Notes: generated by a model not told the origin, from the letters alone. DNA of 64,000 nucleotides from a virus (IMGVR_UViG_2974747673_000001:66915-130914); one strand, 5' to 3'; shown: positions 19,486 through 29,504, counted from the first letter of the stretch. Numbers and translations are program-made.

Positions 19486-19869
19486 TTAATCTTTTTTAAA
19501 TTTTTTATCTTGTTCTTTTTTACTATCTTCTGAAAAGATAATACTTATGTATCCTAGTTCTCCTTCTTCACTCCAAGCTCTTATATTGAACCAATCTACT
19601 ATTACAGCTATATCTTTTTCTTCTAATAATTCTCTAAATGTTTCATCTTTGTAATCCCACAAAGTATCATCTAATTCTATTGCTATTTTCTTTTGTTCTT
19701 CAGTTAATCCTACATCAAATTTTGCTTTTCCACTGGTATAAGCACCTATAATACCTTGTTTATTTAACTCAAAAGCTACACCTAAAATAGCTTTATAACC
19801 TTCTTTTAGTTCTTTTATTGATTTTTGTCTTGCCTTATAATTTTTTACTAAATTTTCATTAAAACTCAT
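19486..19869 (-). CDS. hypothetical protein
   Basis: 127 aa ORF. Confidence 0.4.
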   Translation of the reverse strand: MSFNENLVKNYKARQKSIKELKEGYKAILGVAFELNKQGIIGAYTSGKAKFDVGLTEEQKKIAIELDDTLWDYKDETFRELLEEKDIAVIVDWFNIRAWSEEGELGYISIIFSEDSKKEQDKKFKKD

Positions 19870-20116
19870 CTTCTTTAATTCCTTTCTCTAATAATAATTC
19901 TTTTACTAAATTCTGCATTAAAATTAATTCAGTTTTACAACCTAACATATTTTCAGTACCACATCTATTAATTTCATATTGTAAATCATCTAATAGAGAA
20001 TACAATAAATGTGGTTGTAAATCCTTACCATAAACTAATAATATTTCTTTTGCATCTGACAGTGCATAACTTCTTCTACTAATAGCATATCTAAGTGCAT
20101 ACATTAGTATTCTCAT
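19859..20116 (-). CDS. hypothetical protein
   Basis: 85 aa ORF. Confidence 0.35.
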   Translation of the reverse strand: MRILMYALRYAISRRSYALSDAKEILLVYGKDLQPHLLYSLLDDLQYEINRCGTENMLGCKTELILMQNLVKELLLEKGIKEDEF

Positions 20117-20138
20117 TCTATCTTTTGGATTTTCAAAA

Positions 20139-21437
20139 TTAATTATAAGATACCTCTTTTCCTATCTCCCTACAACATATAAATGTAGGGAATCTACAAG
20201 AAAGTTTACCTTGTTTATCCTGTGTTTCTTCAAAATATTGTATCTCTACTACTCTACCTACAATTTCATCTTGATTATTCCAATAATAATCTCTTTGGCT
20301 ATCTGTAAACCCACTACCTACCTTAACTGTATTACCTTTATACTCACATATAATAGCACCAAGAGTATTAGCATATTTCTTTTCTCCTTGTTCTACATCA
20401 ATACACTTTAAATCTACTGTATTAAACTTTTTGAATTTTAATATACTTTTGACTCTCTTACTTTCATATAAGCCATAAATATCATTTGCCATTAAACCCT
20501 CTTGACCTAAAGACACAATTTCATCTAATAACTTAAACACTGTTCCATTTAGTTGTCCTTTGTATAAAACTTTACACACTAATTGATATTCGCTATCCTC
20601 TATACTATCTATAAAATCTCTTCTTCGTATATAAGGTAAATTGTAATCTATTATGTCAAAGATATGATAAGTAATTTTATCTTTTGGTTTTTCTCCTTTA
20701 GTTCTCATAATAGAACTAATTTCTTTATATTGGTCTTTAGAACTTTTATTAGTTGTTATACGAGGTAGTAACTCTCCATCATATATTTTACCACTAGGTA
20801 ACTTTAAACAATTTAAAAAAGTATCTAAGCCTTTTATCTCTACTCCATTACGACTATATGCTTTTGGTGTTCCTGTTCTATTATCTACTATACACCTATT
20901 TCCATCTAGTTTAAGTGTAATATAATAAATCTTACTATGGTCTAGTTTATCTGCTACATTAACATAATTAGTTGCTAACATAGGTTCTATAATAGATATA
21001 CAATTAGGAATAACACTATTTATAGCTTTTATATCTAAGCCTATGGCTAATTCTTTACACATAAATAACTCTAAGAACTCTTTTGATTGTAAATAAGTAT
21101 ATAAATCTCTATAAGACTGTAATACTCTTATATTTTCATCTGTTCCTGTACATTCATCTACTAAATACATCATAATAACCATTAATACATTATCATCTAA
21201 GATTTTGACATCAGAAGTAGATAGTATAGGTTCAATAAATATTTTTTTAATTTTTTTAGTAGACATATTAGTAACTATATTAGGGTTATATAAAAAGTTC
21301 ATTACCTTAATACATTGTGAACTATCTATATCATACCATTCTTGTAATAGTGCTTTTTTATCATTAGTACCTTGAGTTTTTTGAATTAACTCAAGGTACA
21401 TCAATATATTTTGACTAGGCATTATAAATACCTGCAA
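20139..21437 (-). CDS. ATP-dependent DNA ligase
   Basis: Motif I 'KLDGNR', motif III 'YDGEL', motif IV 'EGLMAND', motif V 'LKFKKF'. An alternative start is the ATG at 21422. Confidence 0.85.
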   Translation of the reverse strand: MQVFIMPSQNILMYLELIQKTQGTNDKKALLQEWYDIDSSQCIKVMNFLYNPNIVTNMSTKKIKKIFIEPILSTSDVKILDDNVLMVIMMYLVDECTGTDENIRVLQSYRDLYTYLQSKEFLELFMCKELAIGLDIKAINSVIPNCISIIEPMLATNYVNVADKLDHSKIYYITLKLDGNRCIVDNRTGTPKAYSRNGVEIKGLDTFLNCLKLPSGKIYDGELLPRITTNKSSKDQYKEISSIMRTKGEKPKDKITYHIFDIIDYNLPYIRRRDFIDSIEDSEYQLVCKVLYKGQLNGTVFKLLDEIVSLGQEGLMANDIYGLYESKRVKSILKFKKFNTVDLKCIDVEQGEKKYANTLGAIICEYKGNTVKVGSGFTDSQRDYYWNNQDEIVGRVVEIQYFEETQDKQGKLSCRFPTFICCREIGKEVSYN

Positions 21438-22032
21438 CTAAATCTGTCAAATAATCATTTAGGTCAGATACAAAAGCCATACAATCTACTACTGTTATAT
21501 CTTTATTATCTATTGCTTCTTTAATACTATCTAGTATTTTAACAAAATCTACTTCTTGTGTATATTTAGGTTTATTAAGTTCAGTAGTATATTCCTCTAT
21601 TAAATTTCTAAAAGTATTTTCTACATCTGTTAAATTTAATTTAACTGTATATCCTGTATATTTATTAGGTTCTTCTTTAGGTTTTAATATACTACCTATA
21701 TTAAACTTATCTTTAGGTCTAATATGGTGTGTATTTTCTTTTAATTTTTCTTCTTTATCTGCAAATCTTTGTAATTCTTCTTTTAAATAACTTAATTCTT
21801 CTAACCATTCTTTTTTATTAAAAAATATAAAAGTAAAAGGTTTTTCCTCTAATATATCTTCTTTTAAATCCCAGTTAATATATCCATCTTCACTTTCATA
21901 TTTTGAACCTACTTTGTCTATGTATCTTTTTATTAAGGCTTTAGTAGGTTCGTCTGCTACTACTTTAAAATATGTTCTAAAATAGCTAAACATACATCTT
22001 ATCTCTTTTAATTCTAAATTAACTTTAACCAT
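21415..22032 (-). CDS. hypothetical protein
   Basis: 205 aa ORF. Confidence 0.4.
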   Translation of the reverse strand: MVKVNLELKEIRCMFSYFRTYFKVVADEPTKALIKRYIDKVGSKYESEDGYINWDLKEDILEEKPFTFIFFNKKEWLEELSYLKEELQRFADKEEKLKENTHHIRPKDKFNIGSILKPKEEPNKYTGYTVKLNLTDVENTFRNLIEEYTTELNKPKYTQEVDFVKILDSIKEAIDNKDITVVDCMAFVSDLNDYLTDLVAGIYNA

Positions 22033-22272
22033 TTATGCATCACTCCCTTTATTTTTCTTTTTAAATTTATTATAAATAAATTTTATAACCTTTATTATTA
22101 TTTGTATTAAACTAATAAATGCAACTATATGAAATAACCAATATCCTAATTCATACCAATCTATACTTAAAAAACCTAAATAATAAGCTAATATAGTACC
22201 TACAACCAGTATACTTAATATAAAATCTCCATCAATTAATATTTCTCTATTCTTCTGTTTCTTCATTATCAT
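22033..22272 (-). CDS. small membrane protein
   Basis: Two hydrophobic segments. Confidence 0.35.
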   Translation of the reverse strand: MIMKKQKNREILIDGDFILSILVVGTILAYYLGFLSIDWYELGYWLFHIVAFISLIQIIIKVIKFIYNKFKKKNKGSDA

Positions 22273-22729
22273 CTTCCTTTTTCCAAATACTATCTAACTT
22301 TTGAAAATACCTTTTACAACCTGTAGTCAATAAATTAATTAACTCCCCTTTACTAATTCTTCTATGTTTTTTATTCAGTTCTGCTTTTCTTATAAAAGAA
22401 CCCTCAAGAGTTTCATCATTTATTACTATTATGCCAAAATGTTCAGGTATAAAATCTATACATTCATCTACTATTGACATAGGTAATGCAAAGTATTGAT
22501 ATTTCAATCTATTGTATAAATCTTTATGTTGATGTTCCTTTTCTCTATCTCTTTTGCAATCAGACACAGATACCTTTAATTCTATTTCATAAATATAATC
22601 ATCATTAGTTACTACTATTATATCACACTCGTGTATTTTAAATCTTCTTTGAACCCTTGGTATTAAGGCTTGATAATTTCCATCTTCAAAAAGTTTAAAG
22701 ACACCTAACTCTAACATATCTGTAGTCAT
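22247..22729 (-). CDS. hypothetical protein, possible PD-(D/E)XK-type nuclease
   Basis: 'CDIIVVTNDDYIYEIELKVS' resembles the D...ExK core. Confidence 0.3.
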   Translation of the reverse strand: MTTDMLELGVFKLFEDGNYQALIPRVQRRFKIHECDIIVVTNDDYIYEIELKVSVSDCKRDREKEHQHKDLYNRLKYQYFALPMSIVDECIDFIPEHFGIIVINDETLEGSFIRKAELNKKHRRISKGELINLLTTGCKRYFQKLDSIWKKEDDNEETEE

Positions 22730-22944
22730 ACTACACCTCTTAATTCTTGTATAATATTATCTAAATTACTATTCTCTATTTTAGTTGCTATATTATGTTG
22801 GTTATCTTTATAAAAACATTTATATAATTCCTCTGATTTAAACCAACTTATAACCACACTATAATTATCTATTTCAAAATGTGAAAGTAATTTATACTTA
22901 ATATCATCTATAATTTTTGCTTGTAATTCATTTGTTATATTCAT
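22726..22944 (-). CDS. hypothetical small protein
   Basis: 72 aa. Confidence 0.3.
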   Translation of the reverse strand: MNITNELQAKIIDDIKYKLLSHFEIDNYSVVISWFKSEELYKCFYKDNQHNIATKIENSNLDNIIQELRGVV

Positions 22945-23572
22945 TCCTTTTGTGTTCCATTGAACCTACAATCACTTCCTTTAAATTATTTATATATTTA
23001 TTGATTCTTATTTGTATTTGATATTCTTTAATATAGTTAGAATATTCTATTAAAAACCAATTTATTCTACTTTCCCAACCATTACCATATTTTTTATAAG
23101 TTTTTAAACTTCTAACATAATTTAATCTAGCTTGTATTAACTCCTCAAATACTTGAGGATTATTATTTAAAACCTCAACTACATTATCGGATAAAGTATA
23201 GGTTTCTAAATCTATTTCCTCATTGTAAGTTTTACAAACTCTTTTAATTATTTTAATGGCTGTATATGGGTTAGTATTGTATAAAAAATCAAATACAAAA
23301 TGTTTTGTTGCTAGATTTTCTATTCTATCTAAATCATACTTTCCATATAATTTATCATATATTATTTTTCTAGCTTTTGTTTCAGTTAAACCTATTATAT
23401 CATTTGTGTAATATTTTGTCAAGCCGTATTTTGAGTAACCATCTTCTGCCATAACTAAAGTTCTACCTTCAAATTCAAATAATTGATTAACTATTATGTC
23501 AAAATGTTCTTTTTCTTTGGCTAAACTATTAAAAAAACACAGTAGACATATTAATAATATTAATTTTTTCAT
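22928..23572 (-). CDS. secreted protein, possible GH108-like lysozyme domain
   Basis: Signal peptide 'MKKLILLICLLCFFNSLA'. 'FEGRTLVMAEDGYSKYGLTKYY' loosely matches the GH108 N-terminal EGG...D.GG.T..GIT motif. Confidence 0.3.
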   Translation of the reverse strand: MKKLILLICLLCFFNSLAKEKEHFDIIVNQLFEFEGRTLVMAEDGYSKYGLTKYYTNDIIGLTETKARKIIYDKLYGKYDLDRIENLATKHFVFDFLYNTNPYTAIKIIKRVCKTYNEEIDLETYTLSDNVVEVLNNNPQVFEELIQARLNYVRSLKTYKKYGNGWESRINWFLIEYSNYIKEYQIQIRINKYINNLKEVIVGSMEHKRNEYNK

Positions 23573-23604
23573 CTTATCACTTCCTTTTATATTTAAGATA
23601 ACAT

Positions 23605-23633
23605 ATTATATCATAGAAATTCTAGTTTGTCAA
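23605..23633 (-). promoter_or_regulatory. promoter TTGACA-N17-TATAAT (minus strand)
   Basis: Consensus hexamers immediately after terminator 23647-23665. Confidence 0.55.
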
Positions 23634-23665
23634 GTATAAAATAAAAAGTAGGTACAATACCTACT
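23634..23665 (-). terminator. rho-independent terminator
   Basis: AGTAGGTA-caa-TACCTACT hairpin plus T-run (minus sense). Confidence 0.55.
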
Positions 23666-24377
23666 CATTATCTTTTTTCTCTATATTTTCTTGTTGAAAT
23701 TCTATTACATCTGCTTTTATAGGAAATTCTTTTTGTATTAATTCTCTTTCCTCTAAGGCTTTATATATATCTTTATGTTCTAAGAAAATATCTTTACCTT
23801 TCTTGAACTTATTTATATCTGTTTTAGATAAAGGTACAAATTCTTGTATTAATTCTAACATTTTTTTATTAGTAGCTTTTAATTTAGTATTAGCTTGATA
23901 AACATAGCTTTCATTATCTTTTAAATCTTTTGTATAAACTTTCATATACCCCTCGTGAGCTAAATATACAGGGTCAAATAAGGTATTAAAAGTAAATGTG
24001 CATAATTTTTCTTTGGCTAACATTAACACTAAAAACACACCACAACTTGCTAAATCTCCTACTATATTAATATTTACTTGAATATTTAGTAAATTTAATT
24101 GTTTTATTCTATTATATAAGGCTAATAACACCATTAAATCCCCACCATAACTAGAATAATCAATATTTACATATACTAATCTGTTTTCTAGTGTTCTATC
24201 TATTAAATCTTGAAAATCTCCTTCTATTGCTAGAAAATTAGGTGTGAATTGAAAATCATCATTATAAGTGTCAAAGTCAAACAACATCATATTAATATTT
24301 TTAAATATTATTTCTGATTCTGGAACTACATACTCTTTATCTTTATCATCTTTTATATCTTCTTTTTCTTTATGCAA
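23661..24377 (-). CDS. ClpP/S14 peptidase-like protein
   Basis: 'NIDYSSYGGDLMVLLALYNRI' and 'VGDLASCGVFLVLMLAKEK' parallel ClpP 'INSPGGSVTAGLAIYDTM' and 'GxAASMG..LLAAG'. Confidence 0.4.
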   Translation of the reverse strand: MHKEKEDIKDDKDKEYVVPESEIIFKNINMMLFDFDTYNDDFQFTPNFLAIEGDFQDLIDRTLENRLVYVNIDYSSYGGDLMVLLALYNRIKQLNLLNIQVNINIVGDLASCGVFLVLMLAKEKLCTFTFNTLFDPVYLAHEGYMKVYTKDLKDNESYVYQANTKLKATNKKMLELIQEFVPLSKTDINKFKKGKDIFLEHKDIYKALEERELIQKEFPIKADVIEFQQENIEKKDNE

Positions 24378-24394
24378 GTATAATCTCTCCTCTA

Positions 24395-25819
24395 TTATTT
24401 TAATTTTAAACTAAACATTATTAATTCTTTTGTATCTCTATTAAGTACACCAAATAATTGACTAACATAGCTTTCAGGTATGTTAAGTCCTCTTGTAGCA
24501 TATTCATCTGCTCCTACCAAACTAGCATTTCTACTATATCCATCTGTAATTAAAGCACTATGAATATGCCCCATAACTACATAATCTATTGCTTTTCTAG
24601 TATCTTGGTATATCTTATATTTTAATTTTGATAATTCACTTTCTAATTTTGTATGATTGATTTTATCTCCGTGAATAGCAAGTAAATTAAATCCATCTAT
24701 ATTTATTAGGTTTTCAAAATAGTTATCTGTCTTATGTAATTTAATTCCTTTATTTTCCTTATAAGCTAAACTTAACATCTCATAAATCATATAATCTATT
24801 GAATTTTTAGCTACTTCATTTATATTAGTATGAGGATTTAAACTATCAAATCTACTCTCATTACCTACAACACAATCTATATCTATCTTATTTAAGTGAT
24901 TATAAAGTTTATCTATTAAATTTTTAATTAAATAAAAACATTTAAGTCCACTTTCAATCTCCACATATTGTCCTTGTGCTTTCATATCAGGTCTACTTTG
25001 TGCATGTATAAAATCCCCTAATAAAACTACTCTTAATTCAGTTAATTCATAAGTATATATTTGCTCTCTAACTCTTTCATATAATTTATTAAGTCTTTGA
25101 ACAGCTATATCTTCACTAAATTTATTTCCATCTAAATTTACTAATTTACCTATATGCCAATCTGATAATACTAAAATCCCTATGTTATTATTAACTTTTT
25201 GTATTAAATCCTTTTCTGTACCCCAATTCTCAATAAAATCTAATGCACTTAAATCTTTTGCCATTGAATATAATTTAGATTTGACTTCTTCTAAAGCTTG
25301 TTCCCCTCTAAATGTTTCTCTTGCAGATTTTCTTAATAAATTATTATCATCTCTTAGTTTTTGTATTGTCTTTAAACTTGCTTGATATTTTTTAACTAAA
25401 TACTCATCTGTAATATTTTCTTGTTTTTCTGTTTCTAAATTACTAAAATCATAGGTTTCTTTACTACTATTAGTATCTGCTTGTTTTTTCTGTTCTTTTA
25501 TTGCTTTTTTAATTGCATCCTCTAATTGTTCCTCATATGGAATATAATAATATTCACTTAAATCAACTACATAATATACATTATGTTTTTCTTTATCTGA
25601 TTTAACTATTCTATCATCATTAAATTCTCTAACTATCTTAAAACCTTTATGATAGGGTTGGTATCTCACATTTTTATTTTCATAATGTAAAATTTTTAAT
25701 TTAGGGTGTGTATATCTTAATAATCTTTCTGTTAAGTCATTAAATTTACAAAAATCAGATAAACTATGTACATAAAATGTTTCTTTCAAATTCTCATTAT
25801 AAATTTCAAATATTTTCAT
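24395..25819 (-). CDS. calcineurin-like metallophosphoesterase (SbcD/Mre11-type nuclease candidate) with N-terminal extra domain
   Basis: Motifs 'DWH', 'GDFIH', 'GNESR', 'HGD', 'GHIHS' in the canonical order. Confidence 0.65.
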   Translation of the reverse strand: MKIFEIYNENLKETFYVHSLSDFCKFNDLTERLLRYTHPKLKILHYENKNVRYQPYHKGFKIVREFNDDRIVKSDKEKHNVYYVVDLSEYYYIPYEEQLEDAIKKAIKEQKKQADTNSSKETYDFSNLETEKQENITDEYLVKKYQASLKTIQKLRDDNNLLRKSARETFRGEQALEEVKSKLYSMAKDLSALDFIENWGTEKDLIQKVNNNIGILVLSDWHIGKLVNLDGNKFSEDIAVQRLNKLYERVREQIYTYELTELRVVLLGDFIHAQSRPDMKAQGQYVEIESGLKCFYLIKNLIDKLYNHLNKIDIDCVVGNESRFDSLNPHTNINEVAKNSIDYMIYEMLSLAYKENKGIKLHKTDNYFENLINIDGFNLLAIHGDKINHTKLESELSKLKYKIYQDTRKAIDYVVMGHIHSALITDGYSRNASLVGADEYATRGLNIPESYVSQLFGVLNRDTKELIMFSLKLK

Positions 25820-25828
25820 TAGTTCTCC

Positions 25829-26338
25829 TTATTTAGTACCTGTACTACCAAAGCCCCCTCTAACATTAGGGTATTTCTTTTGATATTCTTCATTACTCAT
25901 ACAGTTTAATTCTATTTCATCTTGTGCTTTAAATATTTCTATTTGTCCTATTCTAGTACCTTTAGGAATAACTAAAACATCATCTAATATAGACTTATCT
26001 CCTACTGCTAGTTGCTGTAATGCTATATAATCTAAGGGTCTAAAAAGTGGTATAGCCCAGCAATCTTGAGTACTTGAGTAACTAGGTTCAAACAATCCAA
26101 GATGATTAGCTTGAATAACACCCCAAGTTTTAAATGTAGAACTTCTAGGTCTTAAATCTGCTTTATAACCATCAGGTACTTTCATAGTGAATCCAAGAGA
26201 ACATATCTTAAACTCCCCATAATGTAATTCTACATCTTCTGCCAAAGCAACATCTATTCCAACACTATGTCCATACCCACCCTTAAATTCTAATTGATAA
26301 GTTTGTCCATCTAATAAAGTATAATCTATCTTTTTCAT
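25829..26338 (-). CDS. dut: dUTP diphosphatase (trimeric dUTPase)
   Basis: Motifs 'GIDVAL', 'RPRSS', 'GTRIGQIEIF' and C-terminal 'RGGFGSTG'. Confidence 0.85.
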   Translation of the reverse strand: MKKIDYTLLDGQTYQLEFKGGYGHSVGIDVALAEDVELHYGEFKICSLGFTMKVPDGYKADLRPRSSTFKTWGVIQANHLGLFEPSYSSTQDCWAIPLFRPLDYIALQQLAVGDKSILDDVLVIPKGTRIGQIEIFKAQDEIELNCMSNEEYQKKYPNVRGGFGSTGTK

Positions 26339-27612
26339 TTATTTTCTCCTTTTCTTTTATTTAAAATATCTTGCAATATGCTATTCATTGATTTTCCTTG
26401 TGGTATATTAGATTGATTTATAATAGGACATTTCTCCCTAAATCCACACAAATTATCACAAAAAAATTGTTCATTTGCATAATCTCTATTGGTAAACTCA
26501 TTCTTTTCTATACCATTTTTAACCTCTTGTGTAGTATTTTCTACATATTGAGTAATTTCATCTATATCCTCTTGTGTAGGGTAATAATACACATAACAAT
26601 TTTTTATATTAATTAAATATTGATACTCTTGAGGTATAGTCTTAGTTCTAATCCATTTTTGAATTTCCTTATCCATATCCTCTCCAAGTTCTTTTATTAA
26701 TTTATCATAGTAAGGTTCTATATAATTATCTTTTCTTGATTTCTTAGATGGTTTACTATTAAAATAAATATTAACATATTTCATAAAATCCCAACCTAAG
26801 TTTTCTACAATTATATTAGGATATGATTTTTCTAACAATATCTTATATAATATTAATTGTCTTGCTTTTACCTTCATTTCATCTTTTGAATATATAGTAG
26901 ATGTTTTAAAATCTATAATATCTACATAGAACTTTCCATTTTCTTTTCTATTAATTTTAAGATAGTCAATGTAACCTAATATCCAATGTTCTCCTATTTG
27001 ATTTAAGACTTCTACTTCAACTCTAATATCTTTGGTAATTTCTGTATAATTGTGTCTAAAATAATCTTTTAAACATTTCTCATAGTTTTCTTGTATAGTT
27101 AGTCCACCTTTTCTATCTTTTGGTAAAAGTACACCTAGTGTTTTAAGCCTTTCTAATCTAGTTTTAAATTGTTCTATCATCTCCTTATAACTTATATTAC
27201 CTAACACATAACTCTCTTGTATATCGTGTGCTAGAGAGCCATAAAATGAATATGAAGAATGTAATTGAGGTACTCTATCTATTCTTTGTAATTTATAAGA
27301 CAATTGACAACCATTCCATTGTTCTAACTCACTAAAACTCCACAACTTAACTTTATTGGCTTTTAATTCTTTTACTTTATCTGATTGTTTTTGATTTATG
27401 TCTAATTCTTTCATTCCTTTAAGAGTTAGTAAATAACCTTGTACTGTTTCAGTAAAATAACCACTCTTTACAAGTCCACCCATATATATTTGTTCTAATT
27501 TTGTTAAATCATCTTTAAGTATACCAAAATTAAATTTATCTATATGTATACTTAAATCTTTAAACCATTGTTTATGTTTCTTTATTAAGTCCACTTGAGG
27601 TGTTTGTTCCAT
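26335..27612 (-). CDS. PD-(D/E)XK exonuclease with C-terminal Cys cluster (Cas4/RecB-like)
   Basis: 'ILGYIDYL...VDIIDFKTS' core and C-terminal 'FFCDNLCGFREKCP'. Confidence 0.5.
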   Translation of the reverse strand: MEQTPQVDLIKKHKQWFKDLSIHIDKFNFGILKDDLTKLEQIYMGGLVKSGYFTETVQGYLLTLKGMKELDINQKQSDKVKELKANKVKLWSFSELEQWNGCQLSYKLQRIDRVPQLHSSYSFYGSLAHDIQESYVLGNISYKEMIEQFKTRLERLKTLGVLLPKDRKGGLTIQENYEKCLKDYFRHNYTEITKDIRVEVEVLNQIGEHWILGYIDYLKINRKENGKFYVDIIDFKTSTIYSKDEMKVKARQLILYKILLEKSYPNIIVENLGWDFMKYVNIYFNSKPSKKSRKDNYIEPYYDKLIKELGEDMDKEIQKWIRTKTIPQEYQYLINIKNCYVYYYPTQEDIDEITQYVENTTQEVKNGIEKNEFTNRDYANEQFFCDNLCGFREKCPIINQSNIPQGKSMNSILQDILNKRKGENK

Positions 27613-27614
27613 AA

Positions 27615-28403
27615 TTATACCTCAATAGCTAATTTATATCCTAATTTTTTTAAATAATTATAAATAAATTGTTTTCCTTTTTCTGTCCATTTAAGAGTGT
27701 GAAAAGTTAATTGTACTTTCTCTTTTGTCATTTTTTCAGTTGTTACTGTTTGTGCTAAGCCTAAATCTTGATATTTAGCATATAGTATCCAAGTTCCATT
27801 TTGTTTATAAATAATTTTACCTTGATTTAATATTTCATTAAGTTTTTTAGCACTTAATCCAAAATCTTTTCCTATAATAGTTGTAGTTAATAAACTTTCA
27901 GAATTTAAAACATTATCTACATATTCTCCTTTTTGTTCTAAGGGTTTTACATATTTTGTTTCATACTCATTTATAGCGATAGCTTTATTTAAGTCATCAT
28001 TTGCCATAATTATATTATAAATATAAGTTTGCTTTTCTGATAAAGTTTTTATTGATTTTAAGGTAAAATAAGACTCTACTAATTGTCTTTGTACTTCCCA
28101 ACTCAAGTCATCTGTAAAAGGTTTTGTTAATAACAAATACCCACTTTCTGTGAACACTAAAATTTCTTTAACATTGTTAGGTATTTTCTGAATCATTTTA
28201 AATGATTCAGGAATTTCATTGATACTTATAGAAAAATAATCTTTATTTAAAATAAATCTATGTTGATTATTTTTAAATATTTGATTTATTTCTCTAACTT
28301 CCTTGTTATGTACTCTAGCAATATCCCAAGAGGTTACTACTCTTTGACCTTTATACTCTTTTATCAATATTTCTGTTTCTTTAATCTTTACTATGTTATT
28401 CAT
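27615..28403 (-). CDS. ORF6N / KilA-C domain antirepressor-like protein
   Basis: N-terminal 'RVVTSWDIARVHNKEVREINQIF' (ORF6N-like). Paralogous to 51209..52348 and 60331..61122 over both N- and C-termini. Confidence 0.5.
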   Translation of the reverse strand: MNNIVKIKETEILIKEYKGQRVVTSWDIARVHNKEVREINQIFKNNQHRFILNKDYFSISINEIPESFKMIQKIPNNVKEILVFTESGYLLLTKPFTDDLSWEVQRQLVESYFTLKSIKTLSEKQTYIYNIIMANDDLNKAIAINEYETKYVKPLEQKGEYVDNVLNSESLLTTTIIGKDFGLSAKKLNEILNQGKIIYKQNGTWILYAKYQDLGLAQTVTTEKMTKEKVQLTFHTLKWTEKGKQFIYNYLKKLGYKLAIEV

Positions 28404-28464
28404 AGTTTTTTAATCAACTCCTTTATTTTAATAATTTTTAAATATAATTTCTGCATTACAACAT

Positions 28465-28500
28465 ATTATACCAAAAAAATTCCACCTTGTCAAGTGGAAT
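28465..28500 (-). promoter_or_regulatory. promoter TTGACA-N17-TATAAT (minus strand) with an operator-like perfect inverted repeat ATTCCAC-N8-GTGGAAT across the -35
   Basis: -10 is the reverse complement of 28465-70 and -35 the reverse complement of 28488-93. Inverted repeat arms at 28479-85 and 28494-500. Confidence 0.55.
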
Positions 28501-28502
28501 TT

Positions 28503-29504
28503 CTAAAAATTTTCATCTTTTAAATATTTTGTAAATATTTCTATAATTTCTTCCCTGTTTCTATCACAAATAGCTTCTTTTTCTCCTAATAAATTATTAG
28601 GTATATTATTTACATCTATATATTTAATCTTACACTCTCTACCATATTTCTTTAATCTTTGAATATTAGGAATAAGACTATCTGCATAATCTAAGGATTT
28701 ATCTAGTGCAAATATAATTGTATCTACTTGTAATAACTTTAATATCTCTATATGATTCCTTGAAAGTGCATTACTTCCTAGTGCTAGTGTAGGTATTTTA
28801 CTTTTCATCTGCCACATTTTCATTACAGACTTTTCACTCTCAACTAACATAACTATTTTTGTCTTTTGGATTAAATCATAGTATATATCATACCCAAAGA
28901 ACACAAGAGATTTACTATATCTAATAATTGGCATATATTTATTCTCTTTTTCCTGTAAATGTATAGCATTTCTTCTACCAATAGCACCTATTAATTCATT
29001 ATTATAAAATACTGGAATTACTACTCTACGAGTTCTTTTATCATACCTAATATTAAAAAATAATTGAGTTTCTATTCCTATACCATCATTTAAAAACATT
29101 TCTGATATAGCTTTTGGGTATTGTTCTAAACATTCTTTATTATATATTTCGGGTATTTGGTAGATATAGTTTTCATTCCAATCCTCTATTTCTCCACATT
29201 CATTAACTAATTTATTATTTGAATTTAAAGATAAATATAACTGATTTATATATTTATTTTTATCTATACCCTCTAAATTACTTAATAAATCTAAAATATT
29301 ACCTTTTTCATTATTTCTAAAATTATAATATCTTAAACTATCATCTAATGAAAGAACATAGGCATTTGAACTATGGCATATATCAAATCTAAGAGTAGTA
29401 CCATCAGAACTAGAGGTTAATTTATCTACATAAGTATTTAAAAGACTATATAATATTTCTCTATTTAAGTTAAGATTATGTAATACAATATCTTCTAGTA
29501 CCAT
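28503..29504 (-). CDS. DnaG-like primase (TOPRIM domain) candidate
   Basis: TOPRIM Glu motif 'VMLVESEKSVMKMW' and DxD motif 'TIIFALDKSLDYAD'. Lies upstream of the helicase gene. Confidence 0.45.
   Translation of the reverse strand: MVLEDIVLHNLNLNREILYSLLNTYVDKLTSSSDGTTLRFDICHSSNAYVLSLDDSLRYYNFRNNEKGNILDLLSNLEGIDKNKYINQLYLSLNSNNKLVNECGEIEDWNENYIYQIPEIYNKECLEQYPKAISEMFLNDGIGIETQLFFNIRYDKRTRRVVIPVFYNNELIGAIGRRNAIHLQEKENKYMPIIRYSKSLVFFGYDIYYDLIQKTKIVMLVESEKSVMKMWQMKSKIPTLALGSNALSRNHIEILKLLQVDTIIFALDKSLDYADSLIPNIQRLKKYGRECKIKYIDVNNIPNNLLGEKEAICDRNREEIIEIFTKYLKDENF

Noticed and set aside
20211-20411. 66-aa plus-strand ORF inside the DNA ligase gene
   Set aside because: Antisense to a motif-bearing ligase ORF.
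25182-26616. Plus-strand ORFs 25182..25385 and 26398..26616
   Set aside because: Antisense to the metallophosphoesterase and Cas4-like nuclease genes; low-complexity products.
28260-28523. 87-aa plus-strand ORF spanning the antirepressor promoter
   Set aside because: Overlaps a consensus minus-strand promoter/operator and the antirepressor 5' end. Its Phe/Tyr/Ile-rich product is typical of a spurious AT-rich frame.
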